A DNA stretch of 16,248 nucleotides from an uncultured archaeon. Its GTDB lineage: Archaea > Asgardarchaeota > Lokiarchaeia > Sigyniarchaeales > SOKP01. Positions 10,002 through 16,248 of this stretch are shown one piece after another. Both the position numbers and the translations under genes were made by a program. Each line of letters starts with the position of its first letter. Within the stretch, counting starts at the first letter, position 1. The notes beneath the pieces were generated by a model. It saw nothing but the letters and a program-made list of their open reading frames with translations. It ran no database searches and was not told where the DNA came from. The stretch lies in NCBI GenBank assembly GCA_964388035.1, contig CAYLZE010000114.1:1-16248 (forward strand), written 5' to 3'.

Positions 10002-11027
10002 ATGGCACCAAATTTAAGAAAAATTATTGAAAAAATAGATGAACATAACCAATATCAATCAGAAATAGAACAGCGATTAGATTTATTACAAACTGAAAAT
10101 ATCAAGTTAAGGATACTCATAAATGAGCAAAAAGAGATAATCGAAAAGCAGAAGCAAGTTGAACAAAAGGATATTCCGGAAGAAATTCAAATTTTAAAAG
10201 ACATGATCTTGGCATTAAGGGAGAAGGTGGAAGAGAGGGAAAGAGATGTTCAAAAACTGAGAAATGATAACCTATCTCTTCAAGAAAAATTAAGAGAATT
10301 TGATTCAAATACTCTTGTCGAAGACAATAAAGAGGTTCTTAGAAAAGTACAAGATCTTACCGAACTAAATAATCAATTAAATGCAATAAATGATGAGAAC
10401 TTAAAAGAAATTGATACACTAAATAAAGAGTTAAATTCAATTAGACGTGAACACAAAAGGGAATTGCCGACCGAAATAATGAGATTACGAATAGAAAGTT
10501 TACGGCAAGAAAAAGAATATTTAAAATACATCTATCATCAAAATGAACGCATTAATGGGTTAAATGAATATGTTGAGAATCTCAAAATGCAAATTAGAGA
10601 CCTTCATGTGAAAGAATCAACTACCTCGACAAAGAAAGAACAATATCCGAAAAAGCTAAGTATAAAACCTTATTCGGGAGAATATCAAAGCTTTTACTAT
10701 CAATTGGATCTAATATTAAACCTCATAACTTTATTACAAGAAAGGGATAAGAAAACTATCATGTTGCGGTTATTTAGAGATTTAAAGACGAAAGATTTTG
10801 ATGTAAGACGTTTTATCATTAAAATTCTCAGCAAGATCAAGACTCCGGAAGTTTACAAGGAGTTAGTTGATAATTTAAAAGATCCTAATTGGTTAATAAG
10901 GCTAAGCATTTTACATGCAATAAAGAATTTTGATAATAAAGAAATTAAATCCGTATTAGAATCATTATTGAATGATTCCGATGTAGATGTAAGGGAAACA
11001 GCTTCCCAATTGCTAGAAAAGTATTAG
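10002..11027 (+). CDS. Long coiled-coil protein with C-terminal HEAT (HEAT_2-like) repeats
   Basis: About 200 N-terminal residues are E/K/Q/L-rich with heptad character. The C-terminus has three repeats: LKTKDFDVRRFII, LKDPNWLIRLSIL and LLNDSDVDVRETA. Confidence 0.8.
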   Translation: MAPNLRKIIEKIDEHNQYQSEIEQRLDLLQTENIKLRILINEQKEIIEKQKQVEQKDIPEEIQILKDMILALREKVEERERDVQKLRNDNLSLQEKLREFDSNTLVEDNKEVLRKVQDLTELNNQLNAINDENLKEIDTLNKELNSIRREHKRELPTEIMRLRIESLRQEKEYLKYIYHQNERINGLNEYVENLKMQIRDLHVKESTTSTKKEQYPKKLSIKPYSGEYQSFYYQLDLILNLITLLQERDKKTIMLRLFRDLKTKDFDVRRFIIKILSKIKTPEVYKELVDNLKDPNWLIRLSILHAIKNFDNKEIKSVLESLLNDSDVDVRETASQLLEKY

Positions 11028-11204
11028 AACCGGCTACTTTTTTTAAATATTTTAAGAAAAGTGTTAAGTAAAAAAAAAGAATATTTATATATATTGATTA
11101 AAAAATAAAAGTTAAATTAATCGAATCTATAATTAAGTTTAGATTCTCATTTGTTATTAAATGTACTTTCTTAGGGGAAAAATCGTAAAAATGGGGAATA
11201 TCTT

Positions 11205-11468
11205 TTGAGAAAACATGAAATTGATCGCTGGAATTACTCATCGAAAGCGCATAAATGGGTATACGTGGAATTAGATGAAAAAGGAAATCGTGTTTATAAA
11301 TATCAGCCTGATACCCCCCCTGAATTTATTGCGTTAACTGAGCAATTGAAAGTAATTAATCAAAAATTAATGGCTACTACTGATGAAAGAGAAAATCGCG
11401 AACTATTTCAAAAATTAATGGAAATCTCCGAAAAAATGCAATCCATGCAAATTAATCATGAAGAGTAG
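11205..11468 (+). CDS. Hypothetical small protein (aromatic-rich N-terminus, helical C-terminus)
   Basis: 87-aa ORF with a TTG start preceded by GGGGA. It has protein-like composition and fills the gap without overlap. Confidence 0.65.
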   Translation: MRKHEIDRWNYSSKAHKWVYVELDEKGNRVYKYQPDTPPEFIALTEQLKVINQKLMATTDERENRELFQKLMEISEKMQSMQINHEE

Positions 11469-11490
11469 TTTCAGATATTCCTTATTCGTT

Positions 11491-12231
11491 CTATTTGCCT
11501 AATTCTTGAATATAATTATTTAATTTTACTTTTAACTCACTAAATATATTACAATCGATGGTTTGGAATGTTTTTAAGGCTCTTTGTAGAGTAATATTAT
11601 TTCCGACTGAAATATAATAGTATTTATTAGAATTCGGTCTAGGAATCCCCATTCCTATTATTTCATCTTGATCTTTTATTGTATGTAGTTCGGAATTATC
11701 ATCTTTCATTTCATGCCCATATAAGAGCTTCTGAGTATAGCCAAAAACAGGTATATCTATCCTCATTCCTACATCACAAGCTATTCCATATAAGAAAGGA
11801 TGTATCCGCCCGCTGGCATTTAATAAATAGCAATCGGGATGAGTTTCAACGCTATTGATTAATGCAAGATATAGTTTCGTTTGATTTAAAAACAGGACGG
11901 AAGGAAAATATTCCGAAAAAATAGGTTCAAATATCCTAAATTTTGAAAAGATTATTTTTTTTTGATTGAAATCGTATGAAAAAAATCCACAAAAGGCTTT
12001 TTGGTTTTCAATTTTTATTTTCAAGATACCAATCGATTCAATAAAATTTTCTTTATCCTCTTGGATTACTTTTTCAGCCATGTTGATTTGATATTGCCTG
12101 ATTTCGGCTAAATCTGAGAATCTTGTTTGTTCCAAATATGGTTGCAAGCATTTAGGACAAACATAATCATATTGTAAACCGTGAATTTTACATTTTCTTC
12201 CTGAAAATCTCGCGTCTTGGATTCTTTTCAC
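11491..12231 (-). CDS. Endonuclease V-like protein with N-terminal CxxH-x7-CxxC Zn finger and degenerate catalytic residues
   Basis: EYFPSVLFLNQ (cf. PYIPGLLxFRE), LLNASGRIHPFLYGIAC (cf. lvDG.G..HPr..GlAs), IPVFG...K and YYISVG (cf. lyvS.G). The N-terminus carries CKIH...CPKC. Confidence 0.8.
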   Translation of the reverse strand: MKRIQDARFSGRKCKIHGLQYDYVCPKCLQPYLEQTRFSDLAEIRQYQINMAEKVIQEDKENFIESIGILKIKIENQKAFCGFFSYDFNQKKIIFSKFRIFEPIFSEYFPSVLFLNQTKLYLALINSVETHPDCYLLNASGRIHPFLYGIACDVGMRIDIPVFGYTQKLLYGHEMKDDNSELHTIKDQDEIIGMGIPRPNSNKYYYISVGNNITLQRALKTFQTIDCNIFSELKVKLNNYIQELGK

Positions 12232-12299
12232 CGTGATTAATATTTCATAAACATTTATTAAGAAAACCTTTAAGATTTAAAAATATAAGGTGAGAAAAC

Positions 12300-12315
12300 T
12301 AGGATTTGAATCCTA
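12300..12315. promoter_or_regulatory. Perfect 7-2-7 inverted repeat, candidate operator
   Basis: TAGGATT-TG-AATCCTA lies in the divergent region between the EndoV-like gene and cooC. Function is inferred only. Confidence 0.35.
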
Positions 12316-12402
12316 AAAATTTAATTAAATTCAAAAAATTACATCAATAGGAAGAATAAGGTTATTATTTATTAGAATTTAAAATTTGAAAGGAGATTCT
12401 CC

Positions 12403-13209
12403 ATGAAAATAGCTGTAAGTGGAAAAGGGGGAGTGGGTAAAACCTTAATAGCGGGAACATTGGCAAGATTATTTGCAAAGGACGGATATAGCGTTCTAGC
12501 TATAGATAATGATTCAGCAATGAATTTGAGCTATACTTTAGGTATCAAGGAAGATGTTAAAAAGAAAATCGTACCTATCTCAAAAATGAAGGAAATCATA
12601 GAGGAGAGAGTAGTTATTAAAGGAGCTGGTTCCGGTGTTTATAACATTAATCCTAAAGTAGCAGATATTCCCGATAAATATAAGGTTCCAGGACCCGATG
12701 GAATACAATTATTAGTATTAGGATCGATCGAACAACCCTTAACGGGATGTTTATGTCCTGAAAACGCACTCATTCGAACGCTTCTCTATAATTTATTCGT
12801 AGAGAGGAATGAGGTCGTGATCGTGGATTTTGAGGCAGGTTTAGAGCATTTAGGCAGAGGGACTGCCAAAGGCGTCGATGTAATGCTCGTAATTACAGAA
12901 CCTTCACAAAAATCGCTTGATTTAGCTGCAAAAATAATAGATTTATCCAAGAAATTAGGAATCATTAACATCTTTTTAATAGCAAATAAAGTATTTGACG
13001 ATGCTCAATTAAAGATAATCCAAGAACGTGTTGAAGAATGGGAAGTACCCCTTTATCATACCTTACCATTTGATCTTGAAATAGGAAAGGCAGACTTAGA
13101 AGGTATCCCACCTCTAGATTTCAATCCTCAATCCGAGGCAATCCAATCGATTAAAAAACTATATTCTAAGTTAAAAGAATTAAAAACTCGAGTATTCGAC
13201 ATAGGATAA
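12403..13209 (+). CDS. cooC: CooC-family nickel-insertion ATPase
   Basis: MKIAVSGKGGVGKT deviant Walker A, GCLCP Ni-binding CxC and DFEAGLEHLGRGT. SD AGGAG lies upstream. Confidence 0.93.
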   Translation: MKIAVSGKGGVGKTLIAGTLARLFAKDGYSVLAIDNDSAMNLSYTLGIKEDVKKKIVPISKMKEIIEERVVIKGAGSGVYNINPKVADIPDKYKVPGPDGIQLLVLGSIEQPLTGCLCPENALIRTLLYNLFVERNEVVIVDFEAGLEHLGRGTAKGVDVMLVITEPSQKSLDLAAKIIDLSKKLGIINIFLIANKVFDDAQLKIIQERVEEWEVPLYHTLPFDLEIGKADLEGIPPLDFNPQSEAIQSIKKLYSKLKELKTRVFDIG

Positions 13210-13214
13210 GAAAA

Positions 13215-13463
13215 TTATATTAATTCTGATAAATCAAGATCTTGGTCATCTGCAATTTTTTTCCATTGTTCAATTGCTTCTAAAGCATCGGTTTCATTCA
13301 TCTGTTCAATTGCATAACCTGCGTGAACAATCACGTAATTTCCTATTTTTGGCTCTTGGATTAATGCGATAATTATTTGTTGCTTGAGACCATCAAAATC
13401 AACCAATGCAGTTTTATTGAGACCATTAATTTCTAAAATCTTGCCAGGAATTGCTAAACACAT
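13215..13463 (-). CDS. hypC: Hydrogenase maturation chaperone HypC
   Basis: MCLAIPG N-terminus and YVIVHAGYAI. The true start is the ATG at 13463, because HypC needs Cys2 at the N-terminus; the listed ORF start at 13475 is 4 codons too far upstream. Confidence 0.95.
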   Translation of the reverse strand: MCLAIPGKILEINGLNKTALVDFDGLKQQIIIALIQEPKIGNYVIVHAGYAIEQMNETDALEAIEQWKKIADDQDLDLSELI

Positions 13464-13631
13464 GGTGTGAGGCACTGTATAAGTTTTTATAAATAATTTA
13501 ACATGTGGAATAAATTAAAATTACTTATTATTTCCGATAACCAAAGAAAGAAAAATTTAAATCTTTCTTATTGTTAAAAATTATTTAGATTAGTTTTTTT
13601 TAATCTAAATAAATAGAGGATTTCTATATTA

Positions 13632-14180
13632 ATGTCAACTAATAAAATTAAAATCTTTCCTTCTAATAAGATTCTTTTGTTATTAACCGTAGCTGGTTTT
13701 GTAATCTTTATTTTGATTAATCAATTGATTTTTGCAGCATTAAGTGCAACATATACTACTTATGGTATTCTTGATTTCGAATTTGCTTGGACAAAAGCGA
13801 GAGTACTTACTATTTTTACCGTATGGGGACAACAAGGCATGCTTGACCAGAGAATTGGAGTATATTGGGATTTTCTTTATATTGTAGGATATGTTTCTTT
13901 CATATCAGGATGCATTCTATTGGTCACGCGTCAATTGGAGGGTAAAGTAGAAGGTATTGGTTATAGAGTTAGCGTGTTACCTGCGCTCGCAGGAGTATTT
14001 GATATAATCGAAAATATTAACTTGTTGATCATGATTAATAATCCTATTACATTTCCAATTTCCTTGCCCAGCATTGCTTCAATTTGTGCATTAATAAAAT
14101 TTGCATTATTGGGCGTGAGTATTGTCTTTTTCGTGATAGCAATTATAATCTTGATTTATCGTAAACTAAAAAATAAATGA
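13632..14180 (+). CDS. Hypothetical integral membrane protein (about 4 TM helices)
   Basis: Four hydrophobic segments with intramembrane acidic residues (WDFLY, FDIIEN). GAGGA lies upstream. Confidence 0.8.
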   Translation: MSTNKIKIFPSNKILLLLTVAGFVIFILINQLIFAALSATYTTYGILDFEFAWTKARVLTIFTVWGQQGMLDQRIGVYWDFLYIVGYVSFISGCILLVTRQLEGKVEGIGYRVSVLPALAGVFDIIENINLLIMINNPITFPISLPSIASICALIKFALLGVSIVFFVIAIIILIYRKLKNK

Positions 14181-14230
14181 AAATAATTAAACTTCCAATT
14201 GTTCTTTTCTCTCTTTTTTAATTAAAGATT

Positions 14231-14255
14231 GAAGTAATGTATTGAGAATTACTTC
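14231..14255. terminator. Small hairpin between convergent genes, possible terminator
   Basis: GAAGTAAT-9 nt-ATTACTTC, a perfect 8-bp stem. Confidence 0.3.
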
Positions 14256-14385
14256 TATTTAATAAATTCTTTACTCAAATAGAAATAGTTCAATAAAAAA
14301 ATCATGTAATGAGATATGAAAGTAGGAGTAAGAGATTACTTGAAGATAATGAAAAAAAATATAAAAAATAAACTCTTACCCAACA

Positions 14386-14460
14386 AAGTTGGTCATCCCC
14401 CCATAAAATTTTTTATTTTTTTAGAGTAAATGTCCTATAATCATTATGGGATGATAACTT
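14386..14460. repeat. Imperfect GC-rich inverted repeat downstream of hdrB
   Basis: AAGTTggTCATCCCcccATAA (14386-14406) versus TTATGGGATGAtAACTT (14444-14460). Confidence 0.6.
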
Positions 14461-14516
14461 GGCAATTTAAAAAAATAAAAAATATATAAAAAAAAAAGGA
14501 ACTATTTGATGAAATA

Positions 14517-15389
14517 TTATAAACCTAATTTGTCCAAAACTGTTTTCAATCGGGTTCTGTGAAAATTTAGACCAATATCACCGGGACTAATGCCCATGCC
14601 TAATGCAATTAATTCTGTAATATAAAGTATGGGAATATCATAATTTTCATTGAACTTTTTCGATAAATCTCTCTGTTTCGTATCAAATTGCTGGAAGCAA
14701 GCAGGACAATTCACGCAGATGACATCAGCTCCTGCTTTTACTATGCTATCAAGTTTTTTCTTTAAAACTTGATCCCCATGCTCCTCATAGGCGTTAGATA
14801 CTGCTGAACCACAACATAATGATAATTCATCATAGTCAACAACAGTAGCCCCTGTAGCAGCTACAATTTTTTTTAGGTTTTCTGGTCGAAACGGATCATC
14901 GGCTTCCATCCATTCTGCTGGACGCATGTAATGACATCCCGGATGGCATGCAACTTTTAAGCCGCTTAATTGTTTCGTGATTGCTCCTTGAATCTTATCC
15001 AAGTTATCCTTAATCACGTCAACGAAATGTCTCACTTCAATGGAACCTTTATATTCCTTTCCAATTTTCCCTAATTGCTTGTTGACCCGTTCTTTTAGGT
15101 GAGAATCGTGCTTTAATTGATGTTGAACACCTCTTAGAGTATTGGTGCATCCATTACATAAAGAAATGATGGGTTTTCCTTCTGCTTCAGCCATACAAAG
15201 ATTTAATGCACCTAATGCTAACCAAACATCATTATCAAAGCTTTTCATCCCCGTTGGGTCGGGACAGCAAGTAAATGGAGCTTCCGAGGTTATAACTCCA
15301 ATTTTTTCGAATACTTTCCTCGATGCAGCTTCAATAAAAGGAATTCTATTTCCAATGGTACAGCCTTCAAACATTTTATATTCTGTCAT
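14517..15389 (-). CDS. hdrB: Heterodisulfide reductase subunit B
   Basis: Two CCG domains: GC..TCCPDP..LCNGC and GCH..LCCG..NCPAC. SD GGAGG lies upstream, directly after hdrC. Confidence 0.95.
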   Translation of the reverse strand: MTEYKMFEGCTIGNRIPFIEAASRKVFEKIGVITSEAPFTCCPDPTGMKSFDNDVWLALGALNLCMAEAEGKPIISLCNGCTNTLRGVQHQLKHDSHLKERVNKQLGKIGKEYKGSIEVRHFVDVIKDNLDKIQGAITKQLSGLKVACHPGCHYMRPAEWMEADDPFRPENLKKIVAATGATVVDYDELSLCCGSAVSNAYEEHGDQVLKKKLDSIVKAGADVICVNCPACFQQFDTKQRDLSKKFNENYDIPILYITELIALGMGISPGDIGLNFHRTRLKTVLDKLGL

Positions 15390-15402
15390 TATATTTTCCT
15401 CC

Positions 15403-15909
15403 TTATTTTAGCTTCTTATCAGCTCCAATATTTTTCATTAGAGATTGTACTAAATTTACGTCCGGATTAAGTATTTCAGGTAATCCTAACTGCTGTCTTC
15501 TTCGCTCAATCGCGCTTTGAGAAGGAATTGCTTTAGCATTATCAAATATTGCTTTTGCTTGTCCATAAATGAATTCGGGTGCTTTGCCCTGCTCAGCACT
15601 CTTATTTTTCAAGAATGTAAAGATTTCAGTCAATTCTATATTCTGTGGGCAGACCTCATCGCACGTATCGCATACCGTACAGCCCCAGATTGCTAAAGGA
15701 TCAGCTGAAAAAATTGCATCTTTATATCCTAAAAGTGCGTTTAAAATGTTTGCCCTTGGATTGTATCCTGATGTAGTGTAAAAATCGATTGAAACGGCAG
15801 AAACGGGACAATTATCAGTACACCTGCTGCATTGATAACAATATTTGATTAGATCGGAACTAATGTGATGATCCATGACCTGTTTTTTAAATTCAAAATC
15901 TAATACCAT
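15403..15909 (-). CDS. hdrC: Heterodisulfide reductase subunit C
   Basis: Two ferredoxin motifs, CYQCSRCTDNCP and CTVCDTCDEVCP, adjacent to hdrB. Confidence 0.93.
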   Translation of the reverse strand: MVLDFEFKKQVMDHHISSDLIKYCYQCSRCTDNCPVSAVSIDFYTTSGYNPRANILNALLGYKDAIFSADPLAIWGCTVCDTCDEVCPQNIELTEIFTFLKNKSAEQGKAPEFIYGQAKAIFDNAKAIPSQSAIERRRQQLGLPEILNPDVNLVQSLMKNIGADKKLK

Positions 15910-15952
15910 TTTTCTACACTCTTTTTTTTTCTTTCCAATTTATTTTATAAGG

Positions 15953-16026
15953 TATTGGCTTTAACCCTTGCAAGGGTAGTTATATTCAATCCAAAATTTA
16001 TATTGAATATTCATCCTAAGCCAACA
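15953..16026 (-). other. Predicted three-way-junction RNA spanning the vhuU stop codon; candidate Sec-recoding element
   Basis: Hand-folded: UGUUGGCUU/AAGCCAAUA closing helix, AUAUUCAAU/AUUGAAUAU hairpin and ACCCU-UGCA-AGGGU hairpin. Function is not demonstrated. Confidence 0.4.
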
Positions 16027-16163
16027 TTCAACTTGCGGGAGTAAATTTCATTGCCCTCTTCATCAACAACCGTGATGTGAGCTGCACACGATAGTCAGCA
16101 ATCATAACAGCGAACTATCATTTCTAATAAATTTACTACTCCTTCAGGAATGTCTTCACTCAC
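16011..16163 (-). CDS. vhuU: Selenocysteine-containing [NiFeSe] hydrogenase small peptide subunit VhuU (50 aa, U23)
   Basis: GTG start at 16163. Translates MSEDIPEGVVNLLEMIVRCYDC-U(TGA 16095-16097)-LSCAAHITVVDEEGNEIYSRKLNVGLG*. The TGA is at the first ligand of the C-terminal DPCxxCxxH motif of NiFe large subunits. Confidence 0.92.
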
Positions 16164-16189
16164 TTTTTTTATCACTTTTTATTATTAGT

Positions 16190-16248
16190 TTACTTTATCC
16201 AAGGTTCTGGTAATTTCAACCCTTCCAAAGCTTTATCTTCGAAGACTT
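16190..16248 (-). CDS. 3' end of upstream gene, probably hydrogenase large subunit VhuA/MvhA (partial)
   Basis: Open frame from the window edge: VFEDKALEGLKLPEPWIK*, ending 26 nt before vhuU. Identity is inferred from position only. Confidence 0.5.
   Translation of the reverse strand, partial: VFEDKALEGLKLPEPWIK

Noticed and set aside
14316-14429. 37-codon plus-strand ORF (MKVGVRDYLKIMKKNIK...)
   Set aside because: It is short, runs through A/T homopolymers and has no supporting motif.
1625-15781. Short antisense ORFs in the track (1625-1819, 2159-2389, 4497-4688, 5146-5343, 6505-6708, 6801-7001, 7468-7746, 8153-8368, 8831-9067, 9743-9946, 10117-10308, 12786-12971, 15142-15411, 15569-15781)
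   Set aside because: All overlap well-supported genes on the opposite strand and have no recognisable motifs; they are shadow ORFs.
16095-16097. TGA as a nonsense mutation making a hydrogenase pseudogene
   Set aside because: It falls exactly on the known Sec position, the motif and cleavable tail continue after it, and the gene has the VhuU size and context.
1-16248. CRISPR array, tRNA/rRNA genes, transposase or integrase
   Set aside because: No regularly spaced repeats, cloverleaf-like GC-rich segments or recombinase motifs were seen by eye.

Overview
AT-rich archaeal window, inferred from gene content to be Lokiarchaeia-like Asgard (not verified by any search). The left 1.4 kb holds three gene remnants: a CPBP-protease 3' fragment, a doubly frameshifted metallo-beta-lactamase-fold gene and the last codons of an acyl-CoA ligase. 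The middle carries a Dus-family flavoprotein, a GPH-type MFS transporter, a type-B carboxylesterase, a fused ADP-forming acyl-CoA synthetase with a DRTGG partner, a cyclophilin, a coiled-coil/HEAT protein and a Zn-finger-fused, apparently inactive Endonuclease V homolog. The right end is a nickel/hydrogenase region: cooC, hypC and a minus-strand vhuA(3' end)-vhuU-hdrC-hdrB cluster. The key hidden feature, missed by the ORF track, is a 50-codon vhuU gene (16011-16163, minus). Its in-frame TGA sits at the Ni-ligand position (RCYDC-U-LSCAAH), indicating a split [NiFeSe] hydrogenase selenoprotein. It has two extra cysteines near the Sec, a second TGA used as the stop, and a predicted three-way RNA junction around that stop that is a candidate recoding element.
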